NCBI GenBank assembly: GCA_042570405.1
Contig: JBHPGR010000006.1
Location: 1-61,708 of the forward strand
From: Candidatus Omnitrophota bacterium
GTDB lineage: Bacteria; Omnitrophota; Gorgyraeia; Gygaellales; Profunditerraquicolaceae
Length of the DNA stretch: 61,708 bases
Direction of reading: 5' to 3'
Positions 40,702-49,211 of the stretch are shown one piece after another (within the stretch, counting starts at the first letter, position 1; each line of letters opens with the position of its first letter). A program made the translations under genes and the position numbers. The notes beneath the pieces are model-generated. The model saw only the letters and a list, made by a program, of their open reading frames with translations. It was not told where the DNA came from and searched no databases.

Positions 40702-40774
40702 TACAACAAGTTCTTTTAAACAGAAACAAAAGCCACACAGTAGCAGTAGGTTAGGGTCAGGCCGAAGGGCCTAA

Positions 40775-43700
40775 ATGAAAAGTAAAGTAAAAATCCTCGC
40801 AACAGTAGTTCTCGCCGTTTTAATTTTCCCGGTTATTGCGCATGCATTACCTGAGGGAGAGAGTGTGGCTCATGGCAGTGCAACTTTCGTTCGCATTGAT
40901 GATACTTTAAATATAAATCAATCTACGCAAAATGTAATCGTAAATTACGATAGCTTTAGTATCTCTCAACAGGAAACAGTAAATTTTAACCAGCCATCTT
41001 CCAGCGCGATCGCGCTAAACCGCGTAACAGGCGTTAGCCCTTCTGAAATTTTCGGGACACTCACCGCAAACGGCATAGTCTATCTGATCAATGAAAACGG
41101 CGTAACCTTTGGGCCGAATTCACGCGTTGATGCGGCTGCAGTACTTGCTTCAACCTTAAATATCTCTGATAGTGACTTCCTGGCAGGCAAAAGTATTTTT
41201 TTGGCGGGAAATGAAAACGCTTTCATTTTAAACCAGGGTAATATAAAGGCAAGCAACGGTGGTTTTATCGTATTACTTTCTGCTGCGGTAAAGAATGAAG
41301 GATTGTTAGAAGCAGAGCTTGGTACGGTAGTTTTGGCTGCCGGCGAAAAGATCACCCTGGCCCTTGATGACCTTAATGATATCTCCGTAGTAATCAATGA
41401 AGGAGTGCGGGAAGCGGTAGCGGGCTTTGACAGCGCCATTGCAAACAGCGGAACGATTTCAGCTGATGGCGGTAAGGTAATCTTATCCGCAGATGTATTA
41501 AACGATGTCTTTGATCAATCAATAAATAATACCGGAATCATAGAAGCAGGTTCCATTCAGAGCCAGAACGGAGAGATTCTTCTGGTTGGAGCCGGAGCAC
41601 CTGTTACTAATATAGGTAAGATATCCGCAAGCGGCACTCAAGAGACAGCTGATGGCGGTAATATTTCAATAATCGGAGCTTCGGTATTTCAGAGTGGCAT
41701 CCTCAGCGCAAACGCAGCCGAGGGTGGGACAGCCGGGGAGATAATAATCGTTGCGGAGTCAGACGTGACCCTGGATGCCGCCTCTACAACCGAGGCCACA
41801 GCAGCAGTGCTGAATGGAGCCGGAGGCAGGATTAAGATTAGCTCAAGCGCAGGAAGCGTCATCGCAGCTGGAGCAGTGAATGTTGACGGCGGCCTGAATT
41901 CAGGCAACGCCGGAACGATAGATATCAATGCATATGAACAATTGGAAATGAGCGGAATAATTTCCGGAAGAGCGCCTCCGGGATTTGAAATTTCTACCGT
42001 TCTTTTACAAGTTAACCTTCCCAATGACCCATCCAATGCACAGCTATACACCCTGATCTCTTCAGGCGTTATAGTTGCCGGTAAAGTAAGCTTTTCCACA
42101 AACCAAAGAGCAGATATTTCAGGTGTTATAGTCGCTTTTGATAGCGTAACTATAGATTCCCAGGGAGCAAGATTTTACGGTGTTATAGTCACGCATCAAG
42201 GTACCTATAATATGAATAACGGGGATATTTTGCTTTCCGGAGGCTATATCGGCGACCAGTCCTGGACTGATAACGAGCATATTACGGTAAACGGCCTCCT
42301 GATCGTAGACGGCGACATATATATATCCGCAGATAACGATAATAACGGCTCAGGCGACTTTACACAGCTGGCAGGGACCCTAATAGTAGGATCCGGAAAT
42401 ATTGCTATTTTGGGTGCTAATCTTACCCTGGGAGATATCGTCTTTGGCGGTGCCGATTTTACCGGTATGGCTAAAAGCGGTGGGATCAATGTCTTTGGCC
42501 TGATCGTTTCCAGGGAAGTAGATGTGGTCACTGATATAATACGTATTACTGACACTCTGCTGCTTCCCGTCAGCGATGATTCCTATACAAACCAGACCGA
42601 TGGCAAGAAGGATGATAACTATGGATTAGACCCGCACCTGATGGTAGGCAGCGGTTACGGTAATGAGCAGGACAATAACTGGGCTTGGTTGAAATTTGAT
42701 TTATCTGCTCTTCCTTCTGGTACGATAATTTTAGATTCGATTTTAACTCTATTTGCCTTACATGATCAAGACGCTCCGATCGGGGCTTATCACGGAAACG
42801 ATTCTTGGGGCGAATTGACCATCACCTGGAATAATCAGCCCTGGAGTTCGGACACACCCTCGTATATTCTCCCCGAGATTGACCAAAACGAAAATAGTTG
42901 GCTACTTCCAGGCAGCATACTTACAGGTGATTTAGCGGATGGTTATTCCACTTGGGTTCTTAAGGTAATCGATGATAATATTGAAAATCCGACTCCTGCA
43001 AAATTTTGGTCAAAGGATAACCGTGCAGGCAAGCCGATCCCGAGCCTTTTACTCACCTATTACACTGAGGAAAAGGTTGTCACCGGCTATATAATCGGCG
43101 ACCTGCAGGACGGGACTATTACTCTAGTAGCCAATGTAACCAGTGCGACAGCCGTACCTGACGACATTACCTTTACTGATCACGGCCAGGCAGTAACACT
43201 TGGCCGGGTTAATATCGGCGCGCTCACAGGGGCAATAATCAACCAGACTTCCGGGATTAATGTAATCGCTGATGAGCTGGTAATGAACGCAGTTGAGGGT
43301 ATCGGCTCAAGTAATGCGATCAAGACCAGGATCAACAAGCTTCAGGCTTGGAATACGACTTCCGGCAACATCGGGGTCCACAACTACGGACTGGATCTTT
43401 ACCTGGTAGTTCTGGAAAGCGCTGGATTTGCAGTGCAAAACGATGCTCCTTGCGGAGAAATAGAGATTTCAGTCTTCTGCCTTAATTACGCTTACAATGT
43501 TGACGGCGACATCACCGACTGGGGTATTTACCTGTATAATGCCGGTGGCGAAGTCATCGGATACCTGGATACTAATCTCCCATCCGGCGGGAATGATATC
43601 GATTATTGGACTGAAGATAATTGTGATGTCTATCACCAGGTCAGTCATTATGTCGGGCCTGGGCACAGCATGAGGAACCTCTATGATGCCGAGGCTCTTT

Positions 43701-45463
43701 ATTTTGATAATGACGGGACTAACCTCTACTTTGTCGTAGTAACCGGAACAAAGAATGGCTTTGAAGCCGGCGATATCGGTATTGATGTAGACGGCGACGG
43801 TATTTATGAATATGCCGTCCTCCGGAAAACTACTAGCTATGGCCCAGGACCGTACCTCTGTAGCGTAGCGGGAACACCTATATATAAACCTGGGGAGAAA
43901 CTAGGGTGGCTCCCCACCGCCGGAGACAGGGATAAGTTTTGGATTGTCTATGATGGTTTTCCTATTGCTCCGGTAGAATTTGTTTATAGCGAGAATCAAA
44001 ACAGCCACTATGTGATGGAAGGTAAAATCCCCTTATCATTATTGGGCTTGGATCCTCTGGTTGCCAAAGATGTAGGAGTGCATTGGACGATGAGTTGCGG
44101 TAATGATATTGCTGAGCTGATCGGCGATATCACCCCCCTTGGTTGCGGAGTTAATTTAATCGTCCAGGATCATGTTAACGGAAAAGGAGATATTGATTTC
44201 CACGCTGACGGTGATATCATCCATCTTTCTAACGGGATCGTAACGATTGACCAGTCACCCAGCTTGATCAATCCTCCCCAGATAGTAAGGAGCACCTCAC
44301 ATGATATCAGGGTCTGGTCTCCTGACAATACTATCGACGTAGAATGGAATCTTCCTGAGCAGGGGGCAGTTTGCGGGCATTATACTGCCACCGCGCTTGA
44401 TGAATATATTATGAATAGAGGCTCAGCGGTATACACCAACGGCGGAGATGCGACGATCACTGCCAATAACGACATCAAGCTAACCCTGATCGATGCGCAG
44501 AACGGCGACGTTACGATTACTTCAAATTCTGGCTCGATCATAGACGGCGATGGAGGAGTTGTTTCGAAAGATTACGATGTTATCGGCCATACGATAGTTT
44601 TAACGGCTGCCGGAAGCGTTGGCGGTCCTTCACCGGCGGAGATCGATCTGGGATATCCAACATTAGGTTTTTCCTATCTTTGGGATATGGTCAGCACCAC
44701 TGACCCTGACGATATTGCGGAAACAGATTATTCGGCAGTATTCAACCCTTACGGTAATAATGAATGGTGGTTCCAGCATACTTCACCGGCTTTATCCCCT
44801 GATAGCGATAATTGGTTTTTCCATATCGCGACTTTAGGCAGTCAGTCAACGACAGCTCATTTAGGGCCGTTCTACATCGATACTACCGCGCCGATTATAA
44901 CGATCACCTTAGATCCTGCAACACCTAACGGCTCAAACGGCTGGTATATTACGTTTGTTGATTCAAGTGCTACAGCCAAAGATCCTATGCCCGGTTCTGA
45001 TATTAACGCCGGAACCTTTCAATACAGCTACAATGGCGGGGTATGGACTGCTTATTCAGCAGGCGCAATCGTTCCCCTTACCGATGAAGGCGTGGTCACT
45101 ATCGCCTTCCGTATTAATGATAACGTCGGACACTTAGGCACAGCTTCAGAGACTGTTAAGATTGCTATCCCCGTAGCTTTTTCGGCTACCGCGGTTTATG
45201 GGCTGACCATTAAATATTACTGGCCGCCCCAGGAAGAGCTGGGCGGTGTAAACGTAGAACCGACAGATATCATGAGTTCAGATGCTATCGCCGGCCCGGT
45301 ATTCTTCTACCATCCGTTAACGCCTTCGGATATGACCGGGTTTGAGGAGTTCCTGCTTGATGAGGGTCTCTACGAATTTATCGACGGAAACCTTAACTTC
45401 CTTGAGAATACCCCCTTCTTCATGTTCATGGAGGAGGAGAAAAAGAAGCAGCAGCAGATTTAA
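40775..45463 (+). CDS. TpsA filamentous-hemagglutinin-family exoprotein
   Basis: Signal peptide then TPS domain (LP.G..V..G, LNRVTG..PS.I.G.L.ANG.V.LIN.NG), G/N-rich beta-helix repeats and inserted globular domains. Confidence 0.9.
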   Translation: MKSKVKILATVVLAVLIFPVIAHALPEGESVAHGSATFVRIDDTLNINQSTQNVIVNYDSFSISQQETVNFNQPSSSAIALNRVTGVSPSEIFGTLTANGIVYLINENGVTFGPNSRVDAAAVLASTLNISDSDFLAGKSIFLAGNENAFILNQGNIKASNGGFIVLLSAAVKNEGLLEAELGTVVLAAGEKITLALDDLNDISVVINEGVREAVAGFDSAIANSGTISADGGKVILSADVLNDVFDQSINNTGIIEAGSIQSQNGEILLVGAGAPVTNIGKISASGTQETADGGNISIIGASVFQSGILSANAAEGGTAGEIIIVAESDVTLDAASTTEATAAVLNGAGGRIKISSSAGSVIAAGAVNVDGGLNSGNAGTIDINAYEQLEMSGIISGRAPPGFEISTVLLQVNLPNDPSNAQLYTLISSGVIVAGKVSFSTNQRADISGVIVAFDSVTIDSQGARFYGVIVTHQGTYNMNNGDILLSGGYIGDQSWTDNEHITVNGLLIVDGDIYISADNDNNGSGDFTQLAGTLIVGSGNIAILGANLTLGDIVFGGADFTGMAKSGGINVFGLIVSREVDVVTDIIRITDTLLLPVSDDSYTNQTDGKKDDNYGLDPHLMVGSGYGNEQDNNWAWLKFDLSALPSGTIILDSILTLFALHDQDAPIGAYHGNDSWGELTITWNNQPWSSDTPSYILPEIDQNENSWLLPGSILTGDLADGYSTWVLKVIDDNIENPTPAKFWSKDNRAGKPIPSLLLTYYTEEKVVTGYIIGDLQDGTITLVANVTSATAVPDDITFTDHGQAVTLGRVNIGALTGAIINQTSGINVIADELVMNAVEGIGSSNAIKTRINKLQAWNTTSGNIGVHNYGLDLYLVVLESAGFAVQNDAPCGEIEISVFCLNYAYNVDGDITDWGIYLYNAGGEVIGYLDTNLPSGGNDIDYWTEDNCDVYHQVSHYVGPGHSMRNLYDAEALYFDNDGTNLYFVVVTGTKNGFEAGDIGIDVDGDGIYEYAVLRKTTSYGPGPYLCSVAGTPIYKPGEKLGWLPTAGDRDKFWIVYDGFPIAPVEFVYSENQNSHYVMEGKIPLSLLGLDPLVAKDVGVHWTMSCGNDIAELIGDITPLGCGVNLIVQDHVNGKGDIDFHADGDIIHLSNGIVTIDQSPSLINPPQIVRSTSHDIRVWSPDNTIDVEWNLPEQGAVCGHYTATALDEYIMNRGSAVYTNGGDATITANNDIKLTLIDAQNGDVTITSNSGSIIDGDGGVVSKDYDVIGHTIVLTAAGSVGGPSPAEIDLGYPTLGFSYLWDMVSTTDPDDIAETDYSAVFNPYGNNEWWFQHTSPALSPDSDNWFFHIATLGSQSTTAHLGPFYIDTTAPIITITLDPATPNGSNGWYITFVDSSATAKDPMPGSDINAGTFQYSYNGGVWTAYSAGAIVPLTDEGVVTIAFRINDNVGHLGTASETVKIAIPVAFSATAVYGLTIKYYWPPQEELGGVNVEPTDIMSSDAIAGPVFFYHPLTPSDMTGFEEFLLDEGLYEFIDGNLNFLENTPFFMFMEEEKKKQQQI

Positions 45464-45490
45464 GACATCACTGTCAGGTTTTAAGTTCTT

Positions 45491-45518
45491 AGGGGCAACG
45501 AAAAGTTGCCCTTTTTTT
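45491..45518 (+). terminator. Intrinsic terminator
   Basis: GGGCAAC-GAAAA-GTTGCCC then TTTTTTT. Confidence 0.85.
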
Positions 45519-45574
45519 ATAGAATTTTGCCCGGAATATAGTATAATGAACTTCTAGAAAGAAAGGAGCAAAAA

Positions 45575-46030
45575 ATGAAAAAATCACTAATGATCCTCTG
45601 CTTGATCTTCTTTGTCTTGGGGTGCGGCAAAAAGCCGGCCCGCGGGCCTCAGGACCGGATCCTGGCCAAGATCAATAACTACGAGATCTCGCTTGGCCAG
45701 TTCGAAGATGAATTTAGGCAGTCGAGTTACTCGATGGCCAATACCCTTGCGGCGAGGAAAGAGTTCCTGGATATCCTGATCATCCGGAAACTGATCCTGC
45801 AGGATGCCCAGAGCAAGGGTTTGGATAAGGACCCTGACTTCCTGAAGATGATCGAAAGATTCTGGGAGCATTCGCTGCTTAAGCTTACTCTTGACCAAAA
45901 GAGTGACCAGATCAGCGGAAAGAAGCTGGGCAGAAAAAAAGAAGCAAAACTCCTGCAGGAATGGGAGGAGAACCTGCGCAAGAAGGCATGTATAATAGTA
46001 GATGAAGGCCTGATAAAAGAAAAAGAGTAG
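45575..46030 (+). CDS. Lipoprotein with SurA/PrsA N-terminal chaperone-like domain, no PPIase domain
   Basis: Lipobox VLGC; LAKIN...I...F, LI...L.LQ.A...GLDK.P.F pattern. Confidence 0.6.
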   Translation: MKKSLMILCLIFFVLGCGKKPARGPQDRILAKINNYEISLGQFEDEFRQSSYSMANTLAARKEFLDILIIRKLILQDAQSKGLDKDPDFLKMIERFWEHSLLKLTLDQKSDQISGKKLGRKKEAKLLQEWEENLRKKACIIVDEGLIKEKE

Positions 46031-46041
46031 GAGGTAACTCA

Positions 46042-46590
46042 ATGGATATCAAGAGAACCTTTAATAGGCGGCGGATCTATTTTATCGAAAAGAGCTTTCA
46101 GACAAAGTTTATCCTGAAGTTTTGCGCACTGGTGGCGCTGGGGGGGCTGCTTACTACGGCAATCATTTATCTCCTGGCGATGCATTCAACCACTGTTTCG
46201 ATCATTAACTCAAGAGTGGTTGTACGCAGTACCGCGGATTTTATGCTTCCGGTACTGACTCAAACGGTGCTGGTGGTGATGATCCTGGTGTCTGCGGCAA
46301 CGGTCCTGGTGACTCTTTTTGTTTCGCATAAGATCGCCGGGCCCCTCTTTCACTTCAAGAAAACGATGCGGGCACTTGAAAGCGGGGATTTCTCGTCGGA
46401 ATTTTCACTGCGTGAACTTGACCAGCTTAAGGAGCTTGCCGAGTCATTTGACGCCATGATCAAGAAGATAAAGGCTCAGCTTGTGATGCTAAAGGAATGT
46501 CAGGCGAAACTCTCCGGAAGCCACTCCGAACAAGAGCTTAAGCAGGCAATAGCAGAACTCAAAAGTATCCTGGACTACTTTAAAACTTAA
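46042..46590 (+). CDS. Two-TM membrane protein with HAMP domain
   Basis: RR.YFI...FQ, two TM helices, SHKIAGP, GD......LR..D.L.ELA..F..M. Confidence 0.75.
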   Translation: MDIKRTFNRRRIYFIEKSFQTKFILKFCALVALGGLLTTAIIYLLAMHSTTVSIINSRVVVRSTADFMLPVLTQTVLVVMILVSAATVLVTLFVSHKIAGPLFHFKKTMRALESGDFSSEFSLRELDQLKELAESFDAMIKKIKAQLVMLKECQAKLSGSHSEQELKQAIAELKSILDYFKT

Positions 46591-47171
46591 TGCTCAAAAA
46601 ACGCCTAATTTGCCTAATCTCCGTTTCGCTATTACTGTCGGTGCTTGCCACGTGCGCCCACTGCTTTAATGACGGGTTCGGCAACGCAAAAAAGCTTACC
46701 GGTGACCACTTCACTGTTTACTGCGCTTCGGGCATAGATCCGGCTCAACTGGCTGATAATCTCGGTATCGGGTTGATCGATGAGTTGTTAGCCGGAAAAT
46801 CCGTAAAGACAGGGTCCTCGGCAAAAAGCAGCCTTACCGGGATGCTGGATACCTTCTTTGCCCAGATAATCGATATCCTTGATATGCCGCTTTACAGTTA
46901 TAAGGGCAATATCAAGATCTGCAGGGATGATGCGCAGTTAAGCCAGGTATATTACAGTCTGTTCCGCAGCAAGATCAATAAACGCAAGGCTTTTTATGTC
47001 CACGATCTGAATACGGTCTATATTTCCGCAGAGAGCTTCACCCGTGAGGTGCTGGGGCATGAGATCGCGCATGCGGTGATCAGTAATTATTTCGTGGTTA
47101 TGCCCCCGATGAAGGTGCAGGAGGTCCTGGCCGGTTATGTGGAGTTTCAGCTTCGAAAAGTCCGTAGGTAA
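46590..47171 (+). CDS. Exported hypothetical protein with HEXXH motif
   Basis: Signal peptide; VLGHEIAHA followed by QEVLA. Confidence 0.6.
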   Translation: MLKKRLICLISVSLLLSVLATCAHCFNDGFGNAKKLTGDHFTVYCASGIDPAQLADNLGIGLIDELLAGKSVKTGSSAKSSLTGMLDTFFAQIIDILDMPLYSYKGNIKICRDDAQLSQVYYSLFRSKINKRKAFYVHDLNTVYISAESFTREVLGHEIAHAVISNYFVVMPPMKVQEVLAGYVEFQLRKVRR

Positions 47172-47189
47172 TTGACAATTTATTAGTTT

Positions 47190-47263
47190 GGCGGCGTAGC
47201 TCAGCCTGATAGAGCAATCGGCTCATACCCGACAGGTCACTGGTTTAAATCCAGTCGCCGCCA
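47190..47263 (+). tRNA. tRNA-Met(CAT), elongator-like
   Basis: GGCGGCG/CGCCGCC acceptor, TCGG-CT-CAT-AC-CCGA; atypical D loop (GA) and T loop (TTTAAAT). Confidence 0.85.
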
Positions 47264-47282
47264 TAAACTTGTAAGCGACGCA

Positions 47283-47386
47283 ATCCTGAGGAGACGAAGG
47301 ACCTCTCGACGCCATTAGATCTCTAACTAATCTTTACCGGAGATCTAATCCCGAGTAACCAGCTATTGATCGCCTGTTACGAGGGA
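47283..47386. repeat. Cluster of three REP-like hairpins downstream of tRNA-Met
   Basis: TCCTGAG..CGAAGGA (47284-47301); ATTAGATCTC-16 nt-GAGATCTAAT (47314-47349); ATCCCGAGTAAC-16 nt-GTTACGAGGGA (47348-47386). Confidence 0.7.
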
Positions 47387-47406
47387 CAAAACCCAAGGAG
47401 AATGTT

Positions 47407-47778
47407 ATGGAAGAAAATCAGGATTCTCAGGAAGCAAAGGGAAAGTTAAGTGAATTTGCAATCGCAAGCCTGGTAATCGGCATCGCCTCATTGATCAGCC
47501 TGGCCGGCCTGGAGAAGGCGATCATCGCGATCATCTTCGGTGCGCTTGCGCTAAAGAAGATGGAGAAGAACGAGCAGCTTTCCGGAAGAAATCTTGCTAC
47601 CGCAGGAATCGTTGTAGCGCTATTCTCAATCGTAATCACAGCTACCTTCATCATTAAATTCCTTCCCAAGTTAAAAGAGCAAGTCAAGCAGTTGCAATCC
47701 CAGGAGGCTGATCGCCCTGGCAATGCCGCTGGTACGGGTCTTAAGACAGAGCCTTCCCCGCAATCAAAGCTTTACTAA
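47407..47778 (+). CDS. DUF4190-like membrane protein
   Basis: AIASLV.GI, AIIFG.LAL, G..LA.AGIV. Confidence 0.75.
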   Translation: MEENQDSQEAKGKLSEFAIASLVIGIASLISLAGLEKAIIAIIFGALALKKMEKNEQLSGRNLATAGIVVALFSIVITATFIIKFLPKLKEQVKQLQSQEADRPGNAAGTGLKTEPSPQSKLY

Positions 47779-47800
47779 TTTTTTTAAAAGGAGAGGGAAA

Positions 47801-48172
47801 ATGCCTAAAAAGATATTAATCGCCGACGATGAAGTCGATGTGCTGGAGATCATGAAGAAGAAACTCGGGGAAAAGGGCTACCTGGTCACAGCCGTATCAA
47901 ACGGCGCTGATGCGCTGAAATCCTGCATGCTTGATAAGCCGGACCTGGCATTATTGGATATCGCCATGCCTGATATGGATGGATATTCGATCGCCTCCGA
48001 GCTTAAGAAAGACAGCGCGCTTGCTGAAGTCCCGATAATCTTTGTGACAGGAAAAAATTTAGACCATAAAGGCATGGAGGAGCGTATCTCTGAACTAGGG
48101 GCATACGATTACATAACTAAACCCTGCGAATTCGAAGAGATACTCAGCAAAATCGAAAAGGTCTTGAGGTAA
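47801..48172 (+). CDS. Single-domain response regulator
   Basis: Start moved to MPKK; ILIADDE, LLDIAMP.MDG, FVTG, YITKP. Confidence 0.92.
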   Translation: MPKKILIADDEVDVLEIMKKKLGEKGYLVTAVSNGADALKSCMLDKPDLALLDIAMPDMDGYSIASELKKDSALAEVPIIFVTGKNLDHKGMEERISELGAYDYITKPCEFEEILSKIEKVLR

Positions 48173-48177
48173 GCCCA

Positions 48178-49152
48178 GTGTTTGCGGAAAAAGTAAAAGC
48201 TACAATAAAAAATTACAGGCTTTTTAAAAGGGGTGAGAAGGTCGTGGTCGGTGTTTCAGGCGGCCCTGACTCGACGAGCCTGCTTTACGTGCTGCATGGA
48301 CTAAAGAGCAGCTTTGGCCTTAAATTACACGTTGCACATCTTAATCATATGCTGCGGAAGAATTCAGGAGATGATGAAAAGTTCGTAGCCTGTCTGGCTG
48401 CGAAGCTTAAACTTCCGGTCACCTGCGCAAGGGTCAATCTTAAATCAATCCCCAAAAAGGGTTCACTTGAGGAGATCGCCCGTAATGCCCGGCTGGCTTT
48501 CCTGTTTAAGGTCGCACGAGATATAAAGACCGACAAGATCGCCTTAGGCCACAACCTGGATGACCGCGCAGAGACTGTGCTGATGCGTATCCTGCGCGGG
48601 TGCGGCCTCTACGGACTTAGCGGGATCATTCCGGTCAGGGATATCCGCGGATACAAGATCGTGCGCCCACTCCTGGAAGTCACCCGCAAAGAGGTGGAGG
48701 GATACCTTAAAAAGAGGAAGATCAAGCCAAGGCTCGACGAGAGCAATTTAGATGATACTTTTTTTAGAAACAGGATCAGAAACCGGCTGCTCCCGCTCCT
48801 TGAAAAAGATTACAACCGGAATATCCGCAGGGTCCTGGCCACTACCGCTGAAACCGCAGGTTATGATTACGAATATCTCACCCGCTGCGCAGGCAGATCG
48901 CTTAATGGATCCGGGAAAAAGCTTTCGCTAAAGATGATCTCCGGGGCTCACCCTGCAATGCGCAGGCTGCTGCTGAGGATGATCATCGCCAGGGTAAAGG
49001 GAGACTTGCGCAGGATCGAATTCCGCCATATCCAGGAGCTTGAAGAGCTGATCTTTAACCGCCCCACAGGTTCTGTTGTCGACCTTCCGAAAGGTATTTC
49101 AGCAGTCAAGAAGAAGAAACACCTCTCCTTTAGCAAGCCTCAGGATCCCTAA
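48178..49152 (+). CDS. tilS: tRNA(Ile)-lysidine synthase
   Basis: SGGPDS, H.NH.LR, GHN.DD.AET, RPLL, D.SN, RNRIR. Confidence 0.95.
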   Translation: MFAEKVKATIKNYRLFKRGEKVVVGVSGGPDSTSLLYVLHGLKSSFGLKLHVAHLNHMLRKNSGDDEKFVACLAAKLKLPVTCARVNLKSIPKKGSLEEIARNARLAFLFKVARDIKTDKIALGHNLDDRAETVLMRILRGCGLYGLSGIIPVRDIRGYKIVRPLLEVTRKEVEGYLKKRKIKPRLDESNLDDTFFRNRIRNRLLPLLEKDYNRNIRRVLATTAETAGYDYEYLTRCAGRSLNGSGKKLSLKMISGAHPAMRRLLLRMIIARVKGDLRRIEFRHIQELEELIFNRPTGSVVDLPKGISAVKKKKHLSFSKPQDP

Positions 49153-49159
49153 TAAATAC

Positions 49160-49188
49160 TTGATTTCGCAACTGTTTAGATTTATAAT
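49160..49188 (+). promoter_or_regulatory. Candidate ftsH promoter
   Basis: TTGATT-17 nt-TATAAT. Confidence 0.6.
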
Positions 49189-49211
49189 AAGGTCTCTAAA
49201 AGAGGGAAAAA

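Noticed and set aside
40702-40774. c-di-GMP or other riboswitch upstream of tpsA
   Set aside because: Only a short AGGCC-GAAG-GGCCT hairpin is present; I see no recognisable aptamer core.
40775-46030. CdiA toxin with immunity gene
   Set aside because: No VENN-like pre-toxin motif or toxin domain recognised; a terminator follows tpsA and the next gene is a lipoprotein.
45587-46042. 151-aa antisense ORF, and the many other antisense ORFs in the track
   Set aside because: They mirror well-supported sense genes and have no recognisable motifs.
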